A DNA stretch of 64,000 nucleotides from Salinispira sp. GTDB lineage: Bacteria > Spirochaetota > Spirochaetia > DSM-27196 > Salinispiraceae. Location of the stretch: NCBI GenBank assembly GCA_965602015.1, contig OZ271918.1, positions 1,216,001-1,280,000 of the forward strand, read 5' to 3'. Positions 51,301-61,112 of this stretch are shown here, piece by piece. How positions within the stretch are numbered: position 1 is the stretch's first letter; each line of letters begins with the position of its first letter. The translations under genes were made by a program, and so were the position numbers. The notes under the pieces were generated by a model that saw only the letters and a program-made list of their open reading frames with translations, ran no database searches and was not told where the DNA came from.

Positions 51301-53604
51301 TTGGCAACGAGTTTCTACATCGGCGATTTCGACCGCATACGGCGGGTCTACGGCACTGACCGGGGGCTGTTTCTTTTGGCGCTGCACTCATTTATGGAGA
51401 TGCACATGAACCGGGAAATGTGCGACTTCGCCGGCCATGTGAGCTACAACGACCGGGGCCAGTCCATAGATCTTCCGTTCTGGAAGAAGGCAAAGCTCTA
51501 CGGTGAATACCTGGCGGAGTGTTCCCTTTCGGCCCGCTATCAGTCCTTGTTCGAGGCCATCGGCCGTGAGCACCGCCAGGCCAACCGGGTGCGCCACGGC
51601 TTTGAAAACATCAGCGAGGACGAGCTGAGGGCGGCTATTTCCAACTTCCGCCGCTTTTGCCAGGCGGCGGGGCTTGAGTCTCCGGTGCTCGAGGAACTGG
51701 CCGAAAAGCTGGAGATCTGGAACGAGCGCAAGGCGGTCATCGATTACGGTGAAGAGCTGTCTGAGCTTCATCAGCTTATCGAGGTTTCCAAGAAGCAGTT
51801 TTCCATATCCGAGGCCGAGCGCAGCTGCCTGGAGAAGCAGGCCGATGAGGCCGCCGAGCTTCAGCGGCAGCTGCGGGTGAAAGATGCCCAGATCGAAAGC
51901 CTGGAGAAGACCGCCGGTCAGCGTAAAGAGAAAATAGACGAGCTTCGCCTTCTGCGCCATGAGCTGGCAGCCAAGGTGAAAGACAGCGAGAACGCCCTTG
52001 CCCGCTTTGATGAGCTTGAGAAAAGCCGACAGGCCTTGGTTCGCCTGTCGGCCCTGACAAGAAGCCGGCGGGATTTCGAGATGCATATCCTGCGCCTCAG
52101 TCAGGACCAGAGCGCCGCCTTGAAGGCCATAAAGCCCGATGAGGATTTTTTGGTCCGGGGCTCGGCGGGAAGCGGCAAGACGGTGGTGCTGCTTCAGGCC
52201 TTGAAGACTAATATCGAGGCCGCCGCGGCTCAGGGCGATTTGCTTGACCGGAATGACCGCGCTCCCTTTGCCCTGTTGACCTTTACCCGCACCCTGGTGA
52301 AGTACGACCGCTACATCTCCTCCATTTTGGACATCTCCGGGGATGAGGATTATCTGCTTATCGAGACGGTGGACCGGCATCTGCTTTCCCTTTGGAAGGG
52401 GTTTTCCCAAGGGCCGGGACGGGAGCGCTGGTTCGGCATTGAGATTATCTACTCCAAGGATCAGTTCGCCACCGCCCGGGATGAACTGGGCGATATTATG
52501 GACGAGCTGGGGGCTTTTGACCTGGGCATGGATGAGGCGGGTATGCTTCGGGAGATCGACGGGTTTTTGTGGGCCTATGGCATTTCCCGTTCTGAATACG
52601 TGGATGACATGATTCCCCGCTCCGGTCTTGAGGGGCGCCGGAGCGCTGAGCAGCGCTCTATTATATGGGATGTGGCCGAGCGCTTCGCCGAGAGGCTGGA
52701 AGAGAACGGGGGCATCACCCGGAACCTGGCCTGCCGGGTTCTTCTGGAAAACTGGGCTTCTGTGGCCGAGGGGGGCGAAGCTCGGTTTCGCACTTGCTTT
52801 ATCGATGAGGTGCAGGATCTTCCCCCTGTCCTGTTGGCGGTCATTCGGAAACAGAGCCGGCATGTGGTTTTGGCCGGTGACGGGGCTCAGACGATTTACG
52901 GGCCGGTGTCTCCCTTAATGAGGGCGGGTTTTGATGCCCGGGGCAGGAGCCGGGTTTTGAGGATGAATTTCCGCAATACGGTTCCCATGCTGGAGACCGC
53001 GGAGGCGTTCCGGGAGAAGGCGGGTATCGGGGTGTCTTCCGCGGATGACAGACCCACGGCTTTCCGTCCGGGGCCGCCGGTGGGGTTTTTTCCCTTTGAG
53101 AGTGACGGCTCGGATGTTATTCGGGAGCGGATTGGGTTTTACCGCCGGGAGCTGGGTTATGATGCGGAGAATATCTGCGTGTTGGCTCCGTCCATGAGGG
53201 TTCTTTCGGGGCTTCAGAAGGTCTTCGGCAACGGGCTTGAGTCGGTGGTGGTGCACCGGCCGGAGTGGGAGTTTGCCGAGCCTGATGGGTCGGGCAGGGT
53301 GGTTGTCGACGGGGTGAGTGAGTTTGATTTTGCGTCTTCTTCGGGGGTGAGGTTGTGTACGCTTCATTCGGCGAAGGGGCTTGATTTTCCGGTGGTGCTG
53401 GTGTTTTTGCCGCATTCGGTGAGGTTGAAGTGGATGGATATGTTGTCCCCGTCCCAGGCTGACGAGACGATGGCGTCGCTGTTGTATGTCGCCTTGACCC
53501 GGGGTTTGGATCATCTGGAGGTGGTTGCCGGGAAGGGGTTCGGGAAGGAGAGACCTGAAGCGGCGCTGCTGGAGGTGTTGGCTGAGCAGGGGCAGGGCGG
53601 CTGA
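51301..53604 (+). CDS. UvrD/SF1 helicase-like protein with N-terminal HEPN-like helical domain and coiled coil
   Basis: GSAGSGKT, IDEVQD, GDGAQTIY, NFRNT, TLHSAKGLDF, LYVALTR; N-terminal RQANRVRH; TTG start with AGGAG. Confidence 0.85.
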   Translation: MATSFYIGDFDRIRRVYGTDRGLFLLALHSFMEMHMNREMCDFAGHVSYNDRGQSIDLPFWKKAKLYGEYLAECSLSARYQSLFEAIGREHRQANRVRHGFENISEDELRAAISNFRRFCQAAGLESPVLEELAEKLEIWNERKAVIDYGEELSELHQLIEVSKKQFSISEAERSCLEKQADEAAELQRQLRVKDAQIESLEKTAGQRKEKIDELRLLRHELAAKVKDSENALARFDELEKSRQALVRLSALTRSRRDFEMHILRLSQDQSAALKAIKPDEDFLVRGSAGSGKTVVLLQALKTNIEAAAAQGDLLDRNDRAPFALLTFTRTLVKYDRYISSILDISGDEDYLLIETVDRHLLSLWKGFSQGPGRERWFGIEIIYSKDQFATARDELGDIMDELGAFDLGMDEAGMLREIDGFLWAYGISRSEYVDDMIPRSGLEGRRSAEQRSIIWDVAERFAERLEENGGITRNLACRVLLENWASVAEGGEARFRTCFIDEVQDLPPVLLAVIRKQSRHVVLAGDGAQTIYGPVSPLMRAGFDARGRSRVLRMNFRNTVPMLETAEAFREKAGIGVSSADDRPTAFRPGPPVGFFPFESDGSDVIRERIGFYRRELGYDAENICVLAPSMRVLSGLQKVFGNGLESVVVHRPEWEFAEPDGSGRVVVDGVSEFDFASSSGVRLCTLHSAKGLDFPVVLVFLPHSVRLKWMDMLSPSQADETMASLLYVALTRGLDHLEVVAGKGFGKERPEAALLEVLAEQGQGG

Positions 53605-53670
53605 AGTATAGGGTCCGGCGGAGTACCGCGGAGTTCTTTGGAGTTTGGCGGGTATTAGGGAGAGAAAAGA

Positions 53671-53778
53671 GTGTTTACGATAATTGCACTGATTTTTAGT
53701 TTGGTGGCCGGTGTTGCCCAATGGGCGATTTTATTTGTGGTTCTTGCATATGTTGCCTGGTTTCTTGGCTGGATATAG
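53671..53778 (+). CDS. Putative 35-aa hydrophobic membrane peptide
   Basis: GTG start after GGGAGAG; MFTIIALIFSLVAGVAQWAILFVVLAYVAWFLGWI. Confidence 0.35.
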   Translation: MFTIIALIFSLVAGVAQWAILFVVLAYVAWFLGWI

Positions 53779-53820
53779 GGCCACATACTGCTTTATGTAC
53801 TATTTGCTTTGATTTTTGTA

Positions 53821-53918
53821 TTACCGCGGATTTGATGGCCTTGGTTCTTGGGAAGATGGTGGTCTTTTGGTGTTTATAGGTGGTGTTAGAGGCTGCCTTG
53901 CGCGGATTCTCGCGGAAA
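53821..53918. repeat. Solo left arm of the palindromic element
   Basis: TTACCGCGGAT, about 66 nt, then TTGCGCGGATTCTCGCGGAAA; same spacing as E1-E4. Confidence 0.7.
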
Positions 53919-53987
53919 TAGTAAAGATTGTATTGTTTTGTAGACGGGGTGCGACGGTTGTGCAGGAATAAAAGGCTGGATGTGTTG

Positions 53988-54114
53988 CTCCTTCCGGGGT
54001 TTTTAATTGTAGCCTTCGGTCGCAGCTTGTAAAGGCACGCTTCGCTCTTCGCCTTCGGCTCGGCCTTGACAAGCCGCTCCCTTCACGCTCCTTCGGGGTA
54101 AAACCCGGAGGAGG
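53988..54114 (+). other. Multi-hairpin structured element directly upstream of the GxxExxY gene
   Basis: Outer stem CTCCTTCCGGGGTTTT/AAAACCCGGAGGAG, inner stem GCTTGTAAAGGC/GCCTTGACAAGC, several CTTCGG loops. Confidence 0.65.
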
Positions 54115-54119
54115 TCAGC

Positions 54120-54496
54120 ATGGGAAAGTTGCTGCATGAGTCGATGAGTTATGAGGTTGTGGGTGCGCTGTTTGAGGTGCATAAGGAGTTGGGTCCAGGG
54201 CTTTTGAGAGTGCGTATGAAGGGGCTCTTGTTATTGAGCTGCAGGACCGGGGCTTAAGTGTTGGCCGGCAGGTGGTGTACCCACTGGAGTACAAGGGCAG
54301 AACTGCCGGGGCGTACATTGCGGACCTGGTGGTTGAGGACTGCATTATTGTGGAGTTGAAGGCGGTCAGGGCGCTCAATGAGCTTATGCAGGCTCAGCTG
54401 TTGAACTACCTGCGGTTGAGCGGGTTGCAGGTTGGGTACCTGGTTAACATGGCCGGGGCTGAGGTGGTTTGGAAGCGGTTGGTTTTGTCGGGGTGA
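54120..54496 (+). pseudogene. GxxExxY protein (PD-(D/E)xK nuclease fold), frameshifted
   Basis: EVHKELGPGL|ESAYEGAL..ADLVVEDCIIVELKAV..AQLLNYLR..GYLVN; 1-nt deletion near 54205. Confidence 0.88.
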
Positions 54497-54607
54497 GGGT
54501 GGTTATACCTCAGTATTCTCAACCAAATTGTTAAATAACCGGCGGGACTTTATAAGCTTTTGAAATAGTGACCATGTGTATCACAGCGAGTGATGAAGGA
54601 GACCCAT

Positions 54608-55567
54608 ATGGAATATATAAATAACCTAAAGGCGATTCTTCACTCAAAACGGGCTAACATCTTCTATCTCGAAAAATGTAGAGTGCTAATGAAAGATGGT
54701 CGAGTTGTATATCTGACTGAAACTAAAATGGAAAATCAGTATTTCAACATACCGGTCGCAAATACAACAGTAATCCTTCTAGGAATGGGAACTTCCATAA
54801 CGCAAGCAGCAGTACGGATGCTATCATCCGCAGGCGTATTGCTAGGCTTTAGCGGGACCGGTGGTACTCCCCTCTTTATGGGTTCAGAGATAGAATGGAT
54901 GACTCCTCAAAGTGAATATCGCCCGACAGAGTATGTGCAAGGATGGTTATCCTTTTGGTTTGATGAAGACAAGCGTCTTTCAGTTGCAAAACATTTCCAA
55001 CAGGCAAGAGTAAAATTCTTATCTCAGGTTTGGAGTAAAGACCGAGATCTACAGGACCATCAGTTTTTCTGCGATGAAGACGATATACAACGAGCAATTG
55101 AAATATTTACCAACGAGATCCCAGAGGCAGGCTCAACAGAATACCTTTTGAGCAGCGAAGCACAATTTACGAAACGATTATATAAAGCTGCCGCATTACG
55201 TACCGGAAACTCTCGTTTTACAAGGGAACGATCATCTAGTGACAAGGCAAACACTTTTCTCAACCATGGGAACTACCTTGCATATGGTTTGGCTGCTACA
55301 TGTCTATGGGTCTTGGGAATACCCCACGGGTTTGCGGTAATGCATGGTAAAACTCGGCGTGGAGCTCTGGTTTTTGATGTTGCAGATATTATTAAAGACG
55401 CAATTATACTACCATGGGCATTCATTTGTGCCCAAGTCGATATGAATGATCAGGATTTCAGACAGCATTGTTTAGTCCAATTTACGAAACATAAGGCATT
55501 GGATGCAATGTTTGCCCTTATAAAAAATATTGCTGTGCACAAGGGCGATAGTGGAGCAATGGGATGA
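54608..55567 (+). CDS. cas1: Type I-F Cas1
   Basis: ILHSKRANIFYLEKCRV, NIPVANTT, SEYRPTEY, HGKTRRGALVFDVAD. Confidence 0.97.
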   Translation: MEYINNLKAILHSKRANIFYLEKCRVLMKDGRVVYLTETKMENQYFNIPVANTTVILLGMGTSITQAAVRMLSSAGVLLGFSGTGGTPLFMGSEIEWMTPQSEYRPTEYVQGWLSFWFDEDKRLSVAKHFQQARVKFLSQVWSKDRDLQDHQFFCDEDDIQRAIEIFTNEIPEAGSTEYLLSSEAQFTKRLYKAAALRTGNSRFTRERSSSDKANTFLNHGNYLAYGLAATCLWVLGIPHGFAVMHGKTRRGALVFDVADIIKDAIILPWAFICAQVDMNDQDFRQHCLVQFTKHKALDAMFALIKNIAVHKGDSGAMG

Positions 55568-58500
55568 TTGTAACCTTTATTTCCCAATGTGATAAAAAAG
55601 CATTAATCCGTACCCGACGAATTCTTGATACCTATGCATCAAGAATTGGGAGTCGTACCTGGCAAACCGTCATTACTATGGATGGATTGGCTGCAGTGAA
55701 AAAGCACCTTCGAAAATCTGCGACAAGAAATACAGCAGTCTCGTGCCATCTACTCCGTGGAAGAACCCGAACAGAATTACTCTGGGTAGTTGGTAACAGA
55801 CACAAGTTTAATTCCGAAGGTGTAGTTCCAGTGCACACAACTAAAAAGGATGTCTTTTCAGGACTATATGAAAGCGACTGGAATCTTCTACCCGTGATCA
55901 AGATTATTGCTGCTATATCTGCCTTGCTTCATGATTGGGGTAAGGCTTCTGAGCTTTTCCAATCAAAACTGCATCCAAGGACTAAAAGTAAAGAAAAACC
56001 TATTGGTGATCCGGTTCGTCACGAATGGGTGTCGTGTTACTTGTTTGCCGAATTTGTAAGAAGCTGTGGCTCAACAGATCAAGAGTGGCTCGAGGCACTG
56101 TCTGACGGTAGGTTGGATGAGAAAAAAATCATCCAGTCTGCGCAAGCCTCTAAAAAAACATTGATCGAAAAAGTAAGGCATGTTCGATCAGACCTGCCTC
56201 CTCTGGCCAGTGTCATTCTGTATATTCTGCTGACACATCATCGCCTCCCTGTGTACCGCGGAGATGGTCGATCGAAATGGAAAGGGATAAAACGATGCTC
56301 ATTTAAGGAGATGTTGCAAATAATCAGCTATGAATGGAGTTATGCAAATTATATAGAGTCAGAAGATCAACAATGTAGATTGCCCCTCTGTTTTTCATTC
56401 CCACATGGTATATGTGCGGATTCACCAGTATGGATGAAGCAAATTAAAAAGTGGTCGCAAAGAGCACTGGAAAGATACGCATCATTTGCAGAAACAATCA
56501 ATTCGCCAGGATTTCGCAATATCATTCATTTTTCGAGATTGGCTGTTATGTTGGGTGATCATATCTATTCATCGCAACAGGCAGATTCCACGTGGATAAC
56601 CGACACCCCCTTGTACGCGAATACTGAAAAAGACAACAGTTTAAAGCAGAAGCTTGATGAGCATTTAGTGGGTGTTATGAAGCAGGCACTCAAAATAGCA
56701 CACTTGCTACCAAGACTTGAGTCGTCGATAGACGCAGCCCATGATGTCCAGAGCCTAAAGGCCTCTGCAAGACCTGGAACAAAATTTTACTGGCAGGATA
56801 AAGCAGTAGAGAAGATTTCCTCATGGAGAACTGAACAGGCGGATTTACTCAAGAAGCAGGATCAGTCGTTCGGCTTCTTCACAGTGAATATGGCGAGTAC
56901 AGGGTGCGGCAAAACAATTGCTAACGCGAAAGCAATGCAAGCCTTGTCCCGAGATCGCGATAGCTTACAGTACACACTGGCATTAGGTCTGCGAACATTA
57001 ACTTTACAGACCGGTGATGAATACAAAGAACGTTTAGGACTGGATGAAACCGAGCTTGCGGTTTTGATTGGATCCAAAGCTATTACAACACTACACCGTG
57101 AATGGCACAACGAACAGCACAACGAAGAGAGTGAAGACACGGATTACATGAGTTCAGAATCTGCGGAATCACTGCTGGAAGACCATATTGACTTTGCCTG
57201 TGACATCCCTGAAGGTGATTTTCACACACTTCTCAAAACAGAGAAAGATCGTCAAATGCTGTTTGCTCCCGTGTTGTCCTGTACAATCGATCACATGATG
57301 GCTGCCACCGAAACCACTCGGGGTGGAAGATGGATATTGCCGTTTATGCGCCTAATGACCAGCGACCTTGTGATAGACGAGATCGATGATTTTAGCGGCA
57401 CAGATATAATCGCGGTTGGGCGTCTAGTGTTTCTGGCAGGGATGTTAGGCCGAAAGGTAATGATCTCTTCGGCGACAATAACACCCGATATCGCCGAGGG
57501 CTATTTCCATACTTATCATCAGGGATGGACTACATACTCAGCATCAAGAAACGTAAATGAAACTATCGGTTGTTGCTGGATCGATGAATTCAGAACAGTG
57601 ACATCGACAGTACAGGATTCCAACTCAATCAGTGCATCGCGCACATATGCAAATCAACATAAAAATTTCATTGAAAAGCGGGTTCGTAGCCTTCGTGCTA
57701 GCAGGAACCAGAAAGGAGCTCGTAGAATTGGGCAGTTAGTTCAATGCAAAGATCTTTTAGAAATTGAATCCGAACAAGAACGGGAAGAAGCTTTTTTTAT
57801 GCGTTCTACTCAATCCATATTGAGTCTTCATCAAGACAACTGCCATATCGATCCGACGACCGGAAAAATGGTTTCCTTTGGCTGTATGCGGATGGCAAAC
57901 ATTGATCCTTGCGTTTCCATGACAAAATACCTGCTTAACCGTGAATGGCCTGAAGATGTTTGTGTGTATGCAATGGCATATCATTCCCGTCAGGTTCTGC
58001 TGTTACGGAATGAGCAAGAGCGGCACCTGGACAGTGTACTAAAGTGCAAAACCGAGGAACCCCGAAGTGAAGCATTCAGCAACCCGGTAATTCGAAATCA
58101 AATAGAAAAAAGTGCTGCTGCGAATGTTGTATTCGTGCTTGTAGCAACACCGGTAGAAGAGGTCGGCAGAGATCATGATTTTGATTGGGCGGTTATCGAG
58201 CCTTCTTCGTATCGGTCAATTATTCAGTTAGCAGGGCGGGTAATGCGTCATCGCAGCGATGTTGTACAGAAACCAAACATTGCTATTCTGGAATTCAACC
58301 GAAATGGTCTGCTTTCTAAAAAAGCTCAGCCTGTATTTACCCGTCCTGGATTCGAAACCGACAATATGCTATTGAACTCTCATTCCATGGCTAGTTTGGT
58401 CAATATACGAGATATGGAAAAAGGGATCGATGCGGTTCCCAGAATCAGCAGGAATCCGGAACTGAAACCGAATGATTCTTTGGTCGATCTGGAACACTAC

Positions 58501-58950
58501 AGTATACACACCAGTTTGACAAATTATGAGCTAGTACCTGGACCTGAAACGATAAATGGCTGGTTCAATAACAACTACTGGTGGCTGACCGGCCAGGCAC
58601 AACAATATAAGTACGCACCCTTTCGCGAAGGAGAACCCCAGATTGAAATATGCGACATTCACAGTGAAAACAGAAGATACTTTAGTGAATGGGAACAAGG
58701 CCACAAGAAATGGCTCGATCGTGAACAGGTATACAGAATAGATAGGGAACAAGATGAAGATATAAGATCTGAACGATTATGGTTTAAGCGTGACTATCGT
58801 GATTTACTGTACAGGAGAGAAGAACTGTATGGGCAACCACCGGACAAAGCATCTGAGATATTTGGACGCTTGACATTTCCCAAAAGATTCGAAGGTAACA
58901 AACTACTATATTCCGAACAGTTTGGTTTAGTTGAGGACAGGCGAGAATGA
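55564..58950 (+). CDS. cas3: Type I-F Cas2-Cas3 fusion helicase-nuclease
   Basis: N-terminal Cas2 (ISQCDKKAL..RTWQT), HD (LLHDWGK), MASTGCGKT, DEID, EVGRDHDFDW. Confidence 0.97.
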   Translation: MIVTFISQCDKKALIRTRRILDTYASRIGSRTWQTVITMDGLAAVKKHLRKSATRNTAVSCHLLRGRTRTELLWVVGNRHKFNSEGVVPVHTTKKDVFSGLYESDWNLLPVIKIIAAISALLHDWGKASELFQSKLHPRTKSKEKPIGDPVRHEWVSCYLFAEFVRSCGSTDQEWLEALSDGRLDEKKIIQSAQASKKTLIEKVRHVRSDLPPLASVILYILLTHHRLPVYRGDGRSKWKGIKRCSFKEMLQIISYEWSYANYIESEDQQCRLPLCFSFPHGICADSPVWMKQIKKWSQRALERYASFAETINSPGFRNIIHFSRLAVMLGDHIYSSQQADSTWITDTPLYANTEKDNSLKQKLDEHLVGVMKQALKIAHLLPRLESSIDAAHDVQSLKASARPGTKFYWQDKAVEKISSWRTEQADLLKKQDQSFGFFTVNMASTGCGKTIANAKAMQALSRDRDSLQYTLALGLRTLTLQTGDEYKERLGLDETELAVLIGSKAITTLHREWHNEQHNEESEDTDYMSSESAESLLEDHIDFACDIPEGDFHTLLKTEKDRQMLFAPVLSCTIDHMMAATETTRGGRWILPFMRLMTSDLVIDEIDDFSGTDIIAVGRLVFLAGMLGRKVMISSATITPDIAEGYFHTYHQGWTTYSASRNVNETIGCCWIDEFRTVTSTVQDSNSISASRTYANQHKNFIEKRVRSLRASRNQKGARRIGQLVQCKDLLEIESEQEREEAFFMRSTQSILSLHQDNCHIDPTTGKMVSFGCMRMANIDPCVSMTKYLLNREWPEDVCVYAMAYHSRQVLLLRNEQERHLDSVLKCKTEEPRSEAFSNPVIRNQIEKSAAANVVFVLVATPVEEVGRDHDFDWAVIEPSSYRSIIQLAGRVMRHRSDVVQKPNIAILEFNRNGLLSKKAQPVFTRPGFETDNMLLNSHSMASLVNIRDMEKGIDAVPRISRNPELKPNDSLVDLEHYSIHTSLTNYELVPGPETINGWFNNNYWWLTGQAQQYKYAPFREGEPQIEICDIHSENRRYFSEWEQGHKKWLDREQVYRIDREQDEDIRSERLWFKRDYRDLLYRREELYGQPPDKASEIFGRLTFPKRFEGNKLLYSEQFGLVEDRRE

Positions 58951-58962
58951 AAAGGAGGGCGT

Positions 58963-60216
58963 ATGAGTGAAGAAATCCGTAGGTTCTTTGCGGAAAGGCG
59001 GAAGTCGTGGTTAAATAGCCCGGATCAGCGAAAAAAAGTCAAAAACGGGGTTTTACAAGAGGAACTAGAACAAGAGGCAGATGAAAAATTTGATCCAGCT
59101 GAGTGGTGTGCAGAAAATGCTCGGAGGGCAAAGTCGCTTAGTTTGGTAACTCATAACCCCAAGTTTTCACATCCCGATATAAAGATTAAAGATGTAAATG
59201 TGATACAGGTCACAGCTCAGCAGAAAGACGATGGTTATTTGCGTACAGGAAATTGTGAGTATAAGTCCGATGCCTATGGAGATGCAGCATCACTAGCAGT
59301 ATTAAAATTCTTGCAGCTTGAGATGGTAGATGGGAAAACTATTTTGGAACACTTTGAACGTAATTCTGAGGAATTACGTAGGGTACTAGGGATATCGACG
59401 AATCAATTCACAGAGTTACGGGAACAGTTTCTAAAGATTAAATTACCCAAAAGCAATGACACAACGAGCGATCTCCTAAAGCAGGTCTATTTCCCGGTAG
59501 GAGACGGTTATCATTTACTGTCATTGATTACACCAGGAGGCCTGGTTTCGGTTCAAAAGCAACGACTTGATGATCTGCGATTCGGAGAGGATGTGAAAGA
59601 AGTCAGAGAACTAAAGAGAAAAGGGAATTATAGTGATTCTGGTTATGCGGACATCCCAAACCTGACTGTCATTGGTTATGGTGGAACAAAAGCTCAGAAC
59701 ATAGGTCAATTAAACAACGAGAATGGTGGTAAAGCAACTATGCTTATGACTTTGCCCCCTGCTCTGCAAAACAGGAAGGTACATCCACCGCGAAGGAATT
59801 TCTTTCAGAACTGCTTACACCTTAATACGTTTGAGGAGTTTTTTGACTCATTAGATCACTTGAGAGCAACAGATTATAACAACGCCTCAATACGGAGCGC
59901 AATTGAGCACTGGTACAAGAAGATTATTGACCAAATAGTTGCGCATGCATGGGACATTCGTCGAGAATATACCGGCTGGTCGTATGATGAGCGTTATTCT
60001 GCTGTTCCAATGCATCAAAAAATCTGGCTCGATGATGAAAGACACGGTGAGGGGAACTTGAGCGAAGATTGGCGGCGAGAAGTAATTGAAGAATTAGTTC
60101 GCTGGATACAAAAAACGTACGAAAAGCGCAAGAACTTGAAGGGTCCCAAATTTGATAGTAGCGAGATTCAATTTATGACCAGGCTGGTCAGTGAAAGTAA
60201 GGAGGGGCTGGTATGA
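58963..60216 (+). CDS. csy1: Csy1 (Cas8f)
   Basis: THNPKFSHPD, KQVYFPV, YHLL, GGTKAQNI. Confidence 0.95.
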   Translation: MSEEIRRFFAERRKSWLNSPDQRKKVKNGVLQEELEQEADEKFDPAEWCAENARRAKSLSLVTHNPKFSHPDIKIKDVNVIQVTAQQKDDGYLRTGNCEYKSDAYGDAASLAVLKFLQLEMVDGKTILEHFERNSEELRRVLGISTNQFTELREQFLKIKLPKSNDTTSDLLKQVYFPVGDGYHLLSLITPGGLVSVQKQRLDDLRFGEDVKEVRELKRKGNYSDSGYADIPNLTVIGYGGTKAQNIGQLNNENGGKATMLMTLPPALQNRKVHPPRRNFFQNCLHLNTFEEFFDSLDHLRATDYNNASIRSAIEHWYKKIIDQIVAHAWDIRREYTGWSYDERYSAVPMHQKIWLDDERHGEGNLSEDWRREVIEELVRWIQKTYEKRKNLKGPKFDSSEIQFMTRLVSESKEGLV

Positions 60217-61094
60217 AACGGTTACTAATTATCCCTCACTTATTTGTTCAGAATGCGAACGCACAGTCGAGCCCGTATACAATCGGATTCCCTGCCATGA
60301 CAGCCTTTCTTGGGGCTACCCATGCTTTCCAACGGATATTATCAAAGCGATACCCTGAGTTCCGGGTAATATCCACAGGTGTAGTTTGTCATAGCATGGA
60401 GTTGCATACACACAAGGGATATGGAGATTTTGTGCATTCCGTGATCAATACGGCCAATCCGATAAAGAAAGATGGCACGCGGCCATCATTTATAGAAGAG
60501 CCCAAATGCTCCCTGGATATTTCTTTGATTATGGAAATAGCCGGCATGCCATTTGGTATTGAAGAGCAAAAGTTCCTACAGATTGCTTCGTCTACGCTCG
60601 ACTCGAAAATGCGTATTGCAGGAGGTGACATCCTCGGGTATCAGTCGCTCATGTATGAATCGGTCGATCCGGGGGATGTTGCTTCATTTGCCAGGTTCAA
60701 GCAACTGTTGATGCCAGGATATGCATTGGTTGAACGTCGAGACCTTATGATCCAAGAAATGAAGGATGGTCATGATGCCTTGGATGCGCTGTTGAACTGC
60801 ATGAAGATATATCATACCTGTGATCAATCCGAGGACGGAACCGTTGAATGGCAGAGTAAACGGAAATATCCCGGATGGCTTGTTCCGGTTGCTGTGGGCT
60901 ACCAGGGTATATCTGAACTTGGAGAGGTGAGTCGACAACGAGAACCAACAGTACCTCATCGTTTCGCGGAGGCAATAGTTACACTTGGCGAATTCGTTAT
61001 GCCGTACAGATTGAAAGAAGTTGACAAGTTATTATGGCACTATGAAGTTGATCAAGAAAACGTTTTATATCTTTGTAGACAACAAAATAACTAG
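60213..61094 (+). CDS. csy2: Csy2 (Cas5f)
   Basis: VQNANAQSSPYTIGFP, RIAGG, GWLVPVAVGY, HRFAE. Confidence 0.95.
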   Translation: MKRLLIIPHLFVQNANAQSSPYTIGFPAMTAFLGATHAFQRILSKRYPEFRVISTGVVCHSMELHTHKGYGDFVHSVINTANPIKKDGTRPSFIEEPKCSLDISLIMEIAGMPFGIEEQKFLQIASSTLDSKMRIAGGDILGYQSLMYESVDPGDVASFARFKQLLMPGYALVERRDLMIQEMKDGHDALDALLNCMKIYHTCDQSEDGTVEWQSKRKYPGWLVPVAVGYQGISELGEVSRQREPTVPHRFAEAIVTLGEFVMPYRLKEVDKLLWHYEVDQENVLYLCRQQNN

Positions 61095-61112
61095 ATCTAA
61101 CAGGAGAACGAA

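Noticed and set aside
51388..53721. Long minus-strand ORFs (491 aa and 268 aa)
   Set aside because: Antisense shadows of the helicase gene caused by codon bias; no motifs.
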